Source: Candidatus Bathyarchaeota archaeon (GTDB lineage: Archaea > Thermoproteota > Bathyarchaeia > 40CM-2-53-6). Taken from it: 64,000 bases of DNA. The position numbers and the translations under genes are program-made. Positions 19,918 to 29,001 of this stretch are shown here, piece after piece; the first letter of the stretch is position 1; each line of letters starts with the position of its first letter. Under the pieces are notes generated by a model. That model saw only the letters and a program-made list of their open reading frames with translations, was not told the DNA's origin and ran no database searches. Location of the stretch: contig CAWJRR010000002.1 in assembly GCA_963845275.1 (NCBI GenBank), positions 268,901-332,900 of the forward strand. The letters are read 5' to 3'.

Positions 19918-22236
19918 TCAATTCCTCTTCCTCAAGTAGCTTAGCAGAACTCGATCAGGCGTTGCCGGGATTTCTGTTAATCTGACGCCGATAGCGTGAT
20001 CTATCGCGTTTACTATTGCGGCTGCGGGCAATACTATGGGTGGTTCTCCGATGACTTTAGCGCCGTATGGTCCTAGTTGGCCGGGGTACTCGACTATGAT
20101 GCTTTTGATTTCTGGAACATCCTTGGATGTTGGAATGTAGTAATCTGCAAGGTTCGGGTTAAGCACGGTTCCATCTTTGTGGATGAGTTCTTCCATGATC
20201 CCGTAACCTAGACCTTGAATTGTTCCCCCCTCTATCTGTCCTTCAACTGATAGAGGATTGATCGCTTTTCCGACGTCGTATGCTGCCACCATTCGGTTAA
20301 CTTGAACTTTACCAGTCTCAGTATCGATTTCAACTTCGGCCGTGACTGCGCCATACGTGTACTGGAGATAGGTGGTTCCTTGACTTGTTTCCGGGTCATA
20401 CTCACATTTTGGCGCATTAAACGTATCGTGCACTTTCAATTCCACTCCATTCTTGTACGCTGATTGTACGACCTCCAAGTATGAGACTGCGCACTCGGGT
20501 CTGTCTCTTACGTAGTATGATGCGTTCGACGTTTCAATCTCATCAACATTAGACGCTAACAGTTCTGCCGCAATTTCTTTGAGGCGTTGATGAAGTCTTC
20601 CTGCAACTAATTGAGCCGCACGTCCACCAACGGCAGTTGTCCTGGAAGCAACGGTAGGTCCTGCGTCGTTGCAGTAATCAGTGTCCGGTGGCTCCAATCT
20701 GAAGTAGGACATGGGAAGATTCATAGTCTCGGCGGCAATTTGCAGTAGTCCAGATGGTGCACCAGTCCCATACTCGGTTAAAGCGGTTCTGAATCTGATA
20801 GTTCCATCTTTGTCGATATTCATATGAGCCGCTACGTAGTCGCTCCCTTCAGGACCAAGACTATTACCATGATACATTATGGCGATGCCTATACCTTTCC
20901 GAATCGTTCCTGTTTGCTTGATGTATTCACTTCTCTTTCTCTGCCAATTTGATGCCTCCACTACTTTTTCAACGCATTCTTCGAGGCCACAACCTTCATC
21001 CACCACTTGACTGGTTGCGGTCAACGACCCTGGTTTCAGCATGTTAACGCGTCTGAACTCTAGAGGATCCATTCCAATTTTCTTCGCGATCTCTTCTACA
21101 TGTGATTCTGCGGCGAAATGTGATTGGGGGCCTCCGAAGCCACGGAATGAGCCTGCCATCGTATTGTTCGTGTAGACGCAGTACGAATCGCTCTTGACGT
21201 TCGGAATCTCATAGGGTCCGGTTGCATGGAATAATGCCCTGGTGACTACAAGTGGACCGAGAGACGCGTAAGCGCCTGTGTCGGCTATTAGTTCCGCGTT
21301 CCATGCAGTTAGTTTTCCGTTCTTCTTGACGCCGGCCTTCAACTTGATGATGAATGGATGGCGTTTCGTATGCCCTATGATGGACTCTTCTCTGGTGTAC
21401 GCAAGCGCCGTTGGTCTGCGCGTCTTGAGAGCAACGATTGCAGCCATCCCTAAGATATCTACAGGCATTTCGTCAGACTTGGGTCCAAATGCGCCTCCGG
21501 TAGCCGCTTGGATTACTCTGACTTGGTCAGCGCGCAGAGAGAGGATTTTGGCAACTCCTGTCTGTACGTGGAACGGGCTCTGCATCGAACCGACGCAAGT
21601 TACTGATCCATCAGGTTCAGGAACCACAAAACCAGTTTCAGGTTCCAACGGAACTGGTTCTTGAAATTGCGTCTTGTACGTTCCCTCGACTATGTAATCG
21701 GCTTGCTTGAATGCTGCTTCAACATCGCCTTTACGAAGCTTCAGGTGTTTCGCAATGTTTCCAGTCTTATGAATCATAGGCGCATCTGGTTTCAAGGCTT
21801 CTATGGGTGAGAACAGGGCAGGAAGATCTTCATACTCTATCTTTACGAGATTAACTGCTTCTTCCGCCACAGTCTGATCATGTGACGCGATGGCTGCTAT
21901 CGGTTCCCCGACGAATCTTACTTTGTCACTTGCGAGCAATGGCTTGTCTGGCAACATGGCCGCTGATTCATTTATTCCTGGGATATCTGCTGCAGTGATA
22001 ACCAAAACAACGCCGGGATATTGTCGTGCTTGTGAGACGTCCACTTTCCGTAACAACGCGTGGGCGTGAGTTGATCTTACGATCTTCAGATAAAGACAGT
22101 TTTCGGGCAGAATATCCATTGAATAGATGGGTTTCCCGAGGACTTTGTCAAGCGAGTCTACACGCTCCACAATCTTTCCAATGAGCACAGTTTGCGGAGG
22201 ATCGGAATGTTTACCCTGTCTATTCACCATTCTCAT
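19918..22236 (-). CDS. Xanthine dehydrogenase/aldehyde oxidase-family molybdopterin-binding large subunit (set 1)
   Basis: Motifs GGAFGPK and AGSFRGFGGPQ. The probable start is the ATG at 22236, forming an ATGA overlap with the upstream 2Fe-2S gene's stop. The track ORF extends to 22299. Confidence 0.9.
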   Translation of the reverse strand: MRMVNRQGKHSDPPQTVLIGKIVERVDSLDKVLGKPIYSMDILPENCLYLKIVRSTHAHALLRKVDVSQARQYPGVVLVITAADIPGINESAAMLPDKPLLASDKVRFVGEPIAAIASHDQTVAEEAVNLVKIEYEDLPALFSPIEALKPDAPMIHKTGNIAKHLKLRKGDVEAAFKQADYIVEGTYKTQFQEPVPLEPETGFVVPEPDGSVTCVGSMQSPFHVQTGVAKILSLRADQVRVIQAATGGAFGPKSDEMPVDILGMAAIVALKTRRPTALAYTREESIIGHTKRHPFIIKLKAGVKKNGKLTAWNAELIADTGAYASLGPLVVTRALFHATGPYEIPNVKSDSYCVYTNNTMAGSFRGFGGPQSHFAAESHVEEIAKKIGMDPLEFRRVNMLKPGSLTATSQVVDEGCGLEECVEKVVEASNWQRKRSEYIKQTGTIRKGIGIAIMYHGNSLGPEGSDYVAAHMNIDKDGTIRFRTALTEYGTGAPSGLLQIAAETMNLPMSYFRLEPPDTDYCNDAGPTVASRTTAVGGRAAQLVAGRLHQRLKEIAAELLASNVDEIETSNASYYVRDRPECAVSYLEVVQSAYKNGVELKVHDTFNAPKCEYDPETSQGTTYLQYTYGAVTAEVEIDTETGKVQVNRMVAAYDVGKAINPLSVEGQIEGGTIQGLGYGIMEELIHKDGTVLNPNLADYYIPTSKDVPEIKSIIVEYPGQLGPYGAKVIGEPPIVLPAAAIVNAIDHAIGVRLTEIPATPDRVLLSYLRKRN

Positions 22237-22709
22237 CGCTTCTTCATTTCTAGTGCGGCTGCCTTCACGGCTTTGACGATGCTTTGGTATCCAGTGCATC
22301 TACATAGGATGCCTCGAATGGCTTCTTTGATTTCTTCATCGGTAGGCGAAGGGTTATGGTCGAGAAGATTCTTCGACGCAAGAATCATTGCTGGGGTGCA
22401 GAAGCCGCACTGGGCTGCATTGAATTTGATGAATTCGCGTTGAAGAGGATGAAGATTCTTGGCTGTCCCAATTGCTTCGATTGTCGTTATTTTCTTGTTT
22501 CTTGCTTGAATCGCGAGGACAAGGCAGGAGTTTACGAGTTTTCCGTCCATGATGACGGCGCAGATTCCGCAATCTCCAGTACTACAGCCTTCTTTCGTTC
22601 CTTTCAATCCAAGTCTGTCTCTTAAAACATCCAGGAGGCGTTCGTGTGATTCCACAATCAACGCGTGGGCTTTTCCGTTGACGGTGAATTTTAGAAGGTG
22701 TTTAGACAA
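22233..22709 (-). CDS. [2Fe-2S]-binding small subunit (CoxS/XdhC-iron-sulfur type, set 1)
   Basis: Both cluster motifs are present: CSTGDCGICAV and QCGFCTPAM...CRCTGY. Confidence 0.9.
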   Translation of the reverse strand: MSKHLLKFTVNGKAHALIVESHERLLDVLRDRLGLKGTKEGCSTGDCGICAVIMDGKLVNSCLVLAIQARNKKITTIEAIGTAKNLHPLQREFIKFNAAQCGFCTPAMILASKNLLDHNPSPTDEEIKEAIRGILCRCTGYQSIVKAVKAAALEMKKR

Positions 22710-23586
22710 GTAACTTCACCCCTAGTCTCTCCGAACATTTGATTAGTGCACGCTTGAACAGCACGGGGCCAACGTTCTGTCTATACTCTCTGCTTGCTCT
22801 GAAGTCTGAAGTTAACTGGAGTTCGCTCTTTAATACCGTAATAGCGTTTTCAACTTTTTCTTTAGTAAGAGGATTTCCTCTGAGCTCGTCCTCAGTCTTC
22901 CTTGCTCTGTCAGGAATCTTGCCTGATACGCGGTTCATGGCGATTTTGATTTCCTCAATGCGTTTGTCTTCTTTACTTAATTTCAAGCAAACAGAACAGT
23001 TCAAGAATGCTATGATCAGGGAATTGCGCATTCCGATCTTTTCGAAAGCGCATGCTGACTGATCATCAAGTTCCTCAAACATCGTCTCGATGAGAATCTC
23101 GTTAGGAAGCATAGCGGTTTGTCTTTTGTCTGTAAGGAAATCGTCAAGACCAATCACTCGTTCTCCCTTCTTGGATCTCAATGTGACTCTTGCACCAAGC
23201 ACAAGCAGGACGGGTATCAGGTCTTCAGAGGATGATGCCGCGCAAATGTTGCCTCCCACTGTGGCCATGTTCACAATCGAGGGTCCACCGAATTTCGACG
23301 CGACGTCACGAAAAACATCGTAATGTTCTCCCAGGACCGGAGATGATACCAAATCTTGAATGGTAGTCAGGGCGCCAATTCGAATTTTCCCGTTGTCATC
23401 TCGTACGTAGTTGAATTCAGATAGGCCTGAAATGTCAACTAATACTCGGGCTTCAACTTGTCTTCGCTGTATGCGGTTAATCAGATCAGTTCCGTTCGCA
23501 ATAAGTTGCACGCCGGATTGATGATCGTCTAAGTAACTCAAGCAGTCGTTGAGGTTTTCTGGGACGTACATGTCGAATCTGTGCAA
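22702..23586 (-). CDS. FAD-binding medium subunit (CoxM/XdhB type, set 1)
   Basis: FAD-binding PCMH-type motifs IANGTDLINR and TVGGNI. 294 aa. Confidence 0.85.
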   Translation of the reverse strand: MHRFDMYVPENLNDCLSYLDDHQSGVQLIANGTDLINRIQRRQVEARVLVDISGLSEFNYVRDDNGKIRIGALTTIQDLVSSPVLGEHYDVFRDVASKFGGPSIVNMATVGGNICAASSSEDLIPVLLVLGARVTLRSKKGERVIGLDDFLTDKRQTAMLPNEILIETMFEELDDQSACAFEKIGMRNSLIIAFLNCSVCLKLSKEDKRIEEIKIAMNRVSGKIPDRARKTEDELRGNPLTKEKVENAITVLKSELQLTSDFRASREYRQNVGPVLFKRALIKCSERLGVKLLV

Positions 23587-23591
23587 GAATC

Positions 23592-23867
23592 TTAACCTCC
23601 TGCAGCTGGTGGGATCAATAGCACCAAGTCACTGTTGCTCAATTTCGTAGCCAAGTTTGGGGGGTTCTGAACTCTATTGTTCAAGTAGAATAGGATATAC
23701 TGACGAAGGCTACCTTTGGAATCGAAGAACAATCCCTTCAAACTACCCTGTCTATTAATGAGCGACTCAAGAACGTCGCTAAGGGTATTTGCTTCTATTT
23801 CCAGTTCGCTTTGCCCGACGGTTTCGCGCAGTTCATGGAAAAGTCGAACTCTTACCTTTGGAGGCAA
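23592..23867 (-). CDS. MoaD/ThiS-family ubiquitin-fold protein with a C-terminal di-glycine (SAMP-like)
   Basis: 91 aa ending ...SDLVLLIPPAAGG-stop. The C-terminal pattern resembles that of MoaD (...PPxxGG). Confidence 0.75.
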   Translation of the reverse strand: MPPKVRVRLFHELRETVGQSELEIEANTLSDVLESLINRQGSLKGLFFDSKGSLRQYILFYLNNRVQNPPNLATKLSNSDLVLLIPPAAGG

Positions 23868-23868
23868 C

Positions 23869-26160
23869 CTATAGTTTCACCTTACCACTCAGAGCGTCAT
23901 ATACTATTTCAGCGGTGGCGGGTAATGTGTAGATTCGTGTGCCTGTTGCATCATGGATTGCATTAGCAATTGCTGATCCGACTGGGATAATGCCGATTTC
24001 TCCCAGACCCTTTGCCCCGAATGGTCCAATTCTTTCGAGGGTTTCAACTGGATCAATCTCAATTTCAGGTATGTCAGCGATTGTGGGAATTATGTAGGTC
24101 GTGAAATTGTTAGTTCTCACAATGCCATTCTCGATCTGAGTGTCTTCGGTCAGGGCGAAGCCGATTCCTTGAACAATTGCGCCTTCACATTGACCCGTGT
24201 AGGATTGTGGATTGATGATTCTGCCGCATTCAGGTGACAGAAAGAACTTTAGAATTCTAGTCGCACCCGTCTGAGTATCGACTTCCACTTGGGCAACGGC
24301 GCTTGAGTACATGTAGGACATGTGCGGGATCTCCAATGTTCCTTGAATCGGCTTTTCGACTCGGGGTACGTTGTATCCTGCAACAACTTTCATTTCAGCA
24401 CCCGATCTTTGAAGATGTTGCGCAATCTCGGAGTAGCTGACCCGCTTCTTCGAATTCCTCGTTGACTTGACATGAGATTGTTTTGCCGATAGGTTTTGAG
24501 GATTCTCGTGGAGGATTTCCCCAGCTGCCTTGAGAAGCAGTTCAATCATTTTGGGAGCTGCAGCTAGTATAGCGTTTCCTCCTCGAACAAGCGCCATTGA
24601 TGCCGATGAAGTGCCCGAGTCTGGGGAGAGTTGTGTGTCGGCGCTGTCGATGTAAACTTCATCGATGTCACAGTTCAACGCTTCTGCTCCAATCTGGGCG
24701 TATGCGGTGGTGGCTCCTTGGCCTATCTCTGGGCAGCTTACCCCAACCACAAATTTCCCTGCTGGTTTGAGTTGAATCGACACGGAGGCGAAGTCTGGCA
24801 ATGCCCCGAAGCCGAAACCTTTCACTGCTGATGCGACTCCCACTCCTAACTTACACCAAGGCGCCGATGATTTTGACTTGTTCTTTCGCCTAGTCTTCCA
24901 AATTCTTGATCTTTCGGCTCTTAGGAGAGTTTCGTAGATGCCAACGCTTCCGTTGACTCTTAGCCCGAAGGCGCCCGTGTCGCCTTCGCGGAGAACGTTA
25001 ATCTTTCGTAAAGCAATCGGATCGATGCCTAGTCTTTCAGCGATGATGTCCATGTTCGTTTCCATGGCGAAGTTCACTTGAGGGGCGCCGAATCCTCTAA
25101 ATGCTCCCGCTACTCCATTATTCGTGTATACTGAATACGCATCAATGTCTACGTTCGGAATCTTGTATGGTCCACAACAGTTCTCTACTGCAACATCGAG
25201 GACGGTTGGACCGAGTGATGCATATGCTCCCGTATCGGCAATTATCTTGACCTTGTTTCCGAGCAGTCTTCCTTTCTTGTCCGCTGCTGTTTTAGTGATG
25301 ACCGTCATTGGGTGACGCTTCATGCCTGTAGTGCCCGATTCCTCTCGCGTCCACACCATCTTGACAGGGCGTTTCGTTTTCACCGCCAACATGGCTAGAT
25401 GGATTTGCACCGTGTTCTCTTCTTTTCCGCCGAAGGCGCCTCCCACTGGAGTCGATATGACCCTAATCTTCTCAGGAGGGATGCCTAAGGCTCTTGAGAT
25501 CTGCATTTGATCTCTGTAAGGTGATTGACCGCCTGCGTAAAGCACAATGTTGCCTTTCTCATCAAGCATTCCAAGGCCCGCTTCCGTCTCAAGATACATG
25601 TGCATCTGGCGCCCTGTGTGGAATGTGTTTTCGATTACGACCGCAGCGTCCCGAAACGCTTTGTCCACATTTCCAGTCTTGAATGATGCATGCCTCATTA
25701 GATTGCCCTGTGAGTGCACCTTGGGAGCGTCGGGCTTCATTGCTTCAATCGGGTCTGTAACTATCGGCAATGGTTCGTATTCAACTTCTACGAGTTGCGC
25801 GGCTTCTTCCGCAGTCTCCTTTGTCTCGGCTGCAATCACCGCGATGGCGTCGCCGAGGTATCTGACCTTGTCGTGGCAGAGGACAGGTTGATCAGGGGTT
25901 AGGATTCCGAATTTGTTCTCTCCTGTAACGTCCTTGTAAGTGAGGACTGCCGCAACTCCAGGTAGTGCTTCTGCTTTCGACGTATCAATCGTCTTGATCA
26001 ATGCATGTGGGTACTTACTTCGAACGACTTTCGCCCACAGCATGTTCGGCAATGCCATGTCTGAGAAGAATTTTGTTTCTCCTGTAACCTTCCCTAGTCC
26101 GTCCTTCCTGTCAATGGGTTTTCCGACCCATTTCAGTTTTCTTCTCTCAGTCTGAGGCAT
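23869..26160 (-). CDS. Xanthine dehydrogenase/aldehyde oxidase-family molybdopterin-binding large subunit (set 2)
   Basis: Motifs GGAFGGKEE and AGAFRGFGAPQ. The ATG at 26160 gives MPQTERRKLKWVGKPIDRKDG. The track ORF extends to a TTG at 26181, overlapping the upstream Ubl gene. Confidence 0.9.
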   Translation of the reverse strand: MPQTERRKLKWVGKPIDRKDGLGKVTGETKFFSDMALPNMLWAKVVRSKYPHALIKTIDTSKAEALPGVAAVLTYKDVTGENKFGILTPDQPVLCHDKVRYLGDAIAVIAAETKETAEEAAQLVEVEYEPLPIVTDPIEAMKPDAPKVHSQGNLMRHASFKTGNVDKAFRDAAVVIENTFHTGRQMHMYLETEAGLGMLDEKGNIVLYAGGQSPYRDQMQISRALGIPPEKIRVISTPVGGAFGGKEENTVQIHLAMLAVKTKRPVKMVWTREESGTTGMKRHPMTVITKTAADKKGRLLGNKVKIIADTGAYASLGPTVLDVAVENCCGPYKIPNVDIDAYSVYTNNGVAGAFRGFGAPQVNFAMETNMDIIAERLGIDPIALRKINVLREGDTGAFGLRVNGSVGIYETLLRAERSRIWKTRRKNKSKSSAPWCKLGVGVASAVKGFGFGALPDFASVSIQLKPAGKFVVGVSCPEIGQGATTAYAQIGAEALNCDIDEVYIDSADTQLSPDSGTSSASMALVRGGNAILAAAPKMIELLLKAAGEILHENPQNLSAKQSHVKSTRNSKKRVSYSEIAQHLQRSGAEMKVVAGYNVPRVEKPIQGTLEIPHMSYMYSSAVAQVEVDTQTGATRILKFFLSPECGRIINPQSYTGQCEGAIVQGIGFALTEDTQIENGIVRTNNFTTYIIPTIADIPEIEIDPVETLERIGPFGAKGLGEIGIIPVGSAIANAIHDATGTRIYTLPATAEIVYDALSGKVKL

Positions 26161-26167
26161 TTGTGTT

Positions 26168-26407
26168 CTATCCACCAGCAATCGGAGGCACTATGAGTAT
26201 TTCATCTCCGTCGTTAAGTTTCGATGTTGTGGTGAGTCTGATTCCTTCTCGCACAATGTAGACGTAGTTCTTGTTATCGAGAGGAATAGAGTTGAGCAAA
26301 TCTTCCACTGTTGCGTTCTTTGCGAGGTTCAGCGTGAGTTCGCGGCTTTCCAAAGCCATGGCTGGTGCGCCAAATACCTTCACTCTAACTCGCAGATTAT
26401 TGCTCAT
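26168..26407 (-). CDS. MoaD/ThiS-family ubiquitin-fold protein with a C-terminal di-glycine (SAMP-like), second copy
   Basis: 79 aa ending ...DGDEILIVPPIAGG-stop. There is an ATGA-type overlap with the upstream FAD-subunit stop. Confidence 0.8.
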   Translation of the reverse strand: MSNNLRVRVKVFGAPAMALESRELTLNLAKNATVEDLLNSIPLDNKNYVYIVREGIRLTTTSKLNDGDEILIVPPIAGG

Positions 26408-27279
26408 TTCGATGCTCCATTCTCAAATACTGCTTTGTGAAGTGCTTGATAGACTAGGGAACTCAGAACTTTCCTCCTATACTCTGCTGAGCCTCTGATA
26501 TCGGTGATAGGTGAGGCGTCTTGAGAGGCAAGTTTTGCGGCATCCTGTAATGATTTCTCAGTGAGGCACCTACCAATGAGAGCTTGCTCGCAGCTGTGGG
26601 CTCTCACGATAGTCGGAGCAACTGCACCCAAGGCGACTTTAACGTCACCGTACGAATCCTTGTGTTTCCCCCTGAGGATCACGGCCACGTCAACGATCGA
26701 GATCGCGTTAGCTTTTCGTAGACCTAGTTTGAGATAAGCACCTGCATCCTTCCTAGTGAGTCCATCAAACTGGATTTCTTCAATTAGTTCATCTGATTTT
26801 AAGGCAGTCTTGCGGTATTCGATGAAGAATCTCTCAATCGGAATTTCACGTCTATCAGACTGATTCCGTGTTACAATCGTTGCTCCAAGTGCGTAGAGGG
26901 GTGGTAAACAGTCTGCTGCTGGTGACGCGTTCCCGAGATTGCCGCCAATTGTGGCGCTGTTTTGCAGTTGAGTGGCCCCAATCTGTTTCGCTGCTTCAAG
27001 AAGAATCCAGGCCTGTCTCTTGATATGTCGTGACCTTATTATCTCGGTATAAGTGCTAAGGGCGCCGATGTGGATTCTACCGTACTTTTCTTTAATGAAT
27101 TTCAAATCTTTGACGGCAAGTATGTTTAGGAGTTTCTCTGTTTTGACTGCGCCGTCCCTTAGCTGGATTATAAGGTCTGATCCGCCTGCGATGATTCTGA
27201 TAGCGTTTTGATGCAGTTGTAGTAGCGTTAACGCTTCTTCTAATGTGTGAGGCGAGAGGACGTCAATTTCAGAACGCAT
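26404..27279 (-). CDS. FAD-binding medium subunit (CoxM/XdhB type, set 2)
   Basis: Motifs IAGGSDLIIQL and TIGGNLGN. ATG at 27279 (the track begins at a TTG at 27282). Confidence 0.85.
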   Translation of the reverse strand: MRSEIDVLSPHTLEEALTLLQLHQNAIRIIAGGSDLIIQLRDGAVKTEKLLNILAVKDLKFIKEKYGRIHIGALSTYTEIIRSRHIKRQAWILLEAAKQIGATQLQNSATIGGNLGNASPAADCLPPLYALGATIVTRNQSDRREIPIERFFIEYRKTALKSDELIEEIQFDGLTRKDAGAYLKLGLRKANAISIVDVAVILRGKHKDSYGDVKVALGAVAPTIVRAHSCEQALIGRCLTEKSLQDAAKLASQDASPITDIRGSAEYRRKVLSSLVYQALHKAVFENGASK

Positions 27280-27285
27280 CAAATA

Positions 27286-27761
27286 CTATGTTCTCCGCTT
27301 CTTGGCAGCGTCTTCGACAGCTGCGATTATCTTGGTGTAGCCTGTGCATCTACAGAGATTACCGGATAGTGCATTCTTGATGTCTGCTTTGGTTGGCTTC
27401 GGATTTTCCATGAGAGCGCGGACGCAGATACAATCATGCCAGGAATACAGTGGCCGCATTGTACTGCTCCATGATCAATGAATGCTTTCTGAACCGCATT
27501 CAGCTTTCCATCCTTTGCTAATCCTTCAGATGTTATGATTTCTGAATTTTCAGCCTGAGAAACGAGCACTAAACAAGAACAAACTGGCTGCCCGTTCATT
27601 ATCACGGTGCATGCCCCGCATTCTCCTTTAGCGCAGTCTTCTTTGGGGCCAGTGACCTGCAATTGATCACGAAGAACTTCGAGAAGTGTGTAAGCGGGCG
27701 GGCATCTTACTGTAATCGCTTCGCCGTTTAGCTTGAAACTTATCTTATGCTCCACGCGCAC
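27286..27761 (-). pseudogene. [2Fe-2S]-binding small subunit (set 2) with a single-base frame break. The C-terminal cluster motif is out of frame.
   Basis: The track ORF 27327..27761 has CAKGECGACTV and QCGHCIPGM, then reads ...SALSWKIRSQ... The adjacent frame encodes LMENPKPTKADIKNALSGNLCRCTGYTKIIAAVEDAAKKRRT-stop (TAG at 27286..27288). The break is at about 27412..27417. Confidence 0.7.
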
Positions 27762-27925
27762 TAGACCGCACTCCTGAATCTGGAATCTAGGATAGGATAG
27801 GCAAATATGTGTCTCTTAACCGTTGATCGAATTTGATCAATTCCTAACACATCATAAATTGCCTTCAGTTTAGAAGTTCCTCTCTTGAGAAAGGCTCTTT
27901 TCCATGATCACATTCTGGTTATGTT

Positions 27926-28003
27926 ATGTCGCGTGTGGCCCTTTACTTACAGGATAAGCCAACGGTTTTATCCTTTAGCTACACGGCGAGGCAGAACGAG
28001 TGA
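27926..28003 (+). other. Displaced 5' fragment of the LLM oxidoreductase gene (start codon plus 11 codons), fused to 14 element-derived codons
   Basis: ATG TCG CGT GTG GCC CTT TAC TTA CAG GAT AAG encodes [11 protein letters not shown], identical from RVALYLQDK to residues 9-17 of ORF 36057..37103. The fragment ORF ends at TGA 28001..28003, overlapping the integrase GTG (28000). Confidence 0.7.
27935..27959 (+). repeat. attL: left copy of the 25-bp perfect direct repeat GTGGCCCTTTACTTACAGGATAAGC
   Basis: Exact match to 36084..36108. The flanking bases differ on both sides. Confidence 0.9.
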
Positions 28004-29001
28004 ACGAGAAGCCTCGCATTAAGAAAACCTTTGACTGGGTTCAAAGGGAACCACTCATCAAGCCTTGGCATCGTAAGCTATCCTCAGGCTCTGAGAGAAC
28101 TGCAATTCATTACGCCTACAATCTGCAAAGACTGTTAGAGGAAAGAAAGCAGACACCAGAGCAGTTCCTTGAATACTGCAAATCAAAATACACTTCACCG
28201 AAAGCTACCGGCGAACTATGGGTTGAACTCAGGGACCAGGCTTACGAGTTCAAGCCTTCACAGGTGAAGATGATTGTCAAAGCGTTCCGCAGTTTCCTGA
28301 CGCATCACGGCGTATTCCTCCCAGCCGAAAGACTACCAACACCTAAACCAAACAACAAGAAAGAACTGCCTTATGATGAACTCAAAAAGATAGTAGCCCT
28401 GTGCCCTGAACCGTACAGAACAATCTTCACAATATTCACTTATGCACCGATGGGTGAGGTTTCATTCATTCAATGGAACAACAGCGATGACATGGCTCAG
28501 GACGTGCAGAGGCAGCTATCCAATAGGAAGGATTACGTGAAGGTTGTTCACCCACCAAGGAAGAATGCTCGTTTCCGCTTCTACTCGTTGATTCCCAAGA
28601 CAGTGATTCAGGATTACCTGGACCGTGGAGGAATCTTGCCTTTCAGGAATAGCAGAGGCTACCTAGTCAAAGACTACAATCTGCAGAAGGAGTGGAGAAG
28701 CATCAGGGAGAACCGAGCAGGATACAAGAAACACAAGGGCGTAGGTGTCCACGAAATTCGTGATGCATGGTTCACCTGGGCTGGTACACCTAGCGGTGGA
28801 AGACTGGATTGGGATTACAGGAAGTTTGCAATAGGCCACTCGCAATTCTCAGAACAGGAATACAACAAATTGTGGGAGCGTGAAGGAGAGATGGCGGACC
28901 AGCTAAGAGGAGCTTGGGCTGCAAGGGATTCAGACCCTGAGCTGGCGAAGAAGATTACTGAAATTGAGGAGTCCACGAAAGCATACTTGTATCTGGTCTG
29001 A
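28000..29001 (+). CDS. Tyrosine recombinase-like integrase
   Basis: The C-terminal half shows an HxxR box (GVHEIRDAWFTW), a GH (FAIGHS) and a candidate catalytic Tyr (SEQEYNKLW). There is an N-terminal SAM-like helical region. The first catalytic Arg was not confidently located. Confidence 0.6.
   Translation: MNEKPRIKKTFDWVQREPLIKPWHRKLSSGSERTAIHYAYNLQRLLEERKQTPEQFLEYCKSKYTSPKATGELWVELRDQAYEFKPSQVKMIVKAFRSFLTHHGVFLPAERLPTPKPNNKKELPYDELKKIVALCPEPYRTIFTIFTYAPMGEVSFIQWNNSDDMAQDVQRQLSNRKDYVKVVHPPRKNARFRFYSLIPKTVIQDYLDRGGILPFRNSRGYLVKDYNLQKEWRSIRENRAGYKKHKGVGVHEIRDAWFTWAGTPSGGRLDWDYRKFAIGHSQFSEQEYNKLWEREGEMADQLRGAWAARDSDPELAKKITEIEESTKAYLYLV

Noticed and set aside
21278-21664. 128-aa plus-strand ORF, and similar plus-strand ORFs at 25547..25891 and 54914..55336
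   Set aside because: All lie antisense to long, motif-rich genes (the Mo subunits and cdc48) and have skewed Ser/Ala/Arg composition, so they are shadow ORFs.
19918-26181. Interpretation of the two CoxLMS-like sets as aerobic CO dehydrogenases
   Set aside because: Neither large subunit shows the CODH active-site loop (AYRCSFR or AYRGAGR type). Both carry FRGFG(G/A)PQ and GGAFG(G/P)K, as in xanthine/aldehyde oxidoreductase-type enzymes. The genomic context (adenine deaminase, XdhC) also fits purine or heterocycle hydroxylation better.
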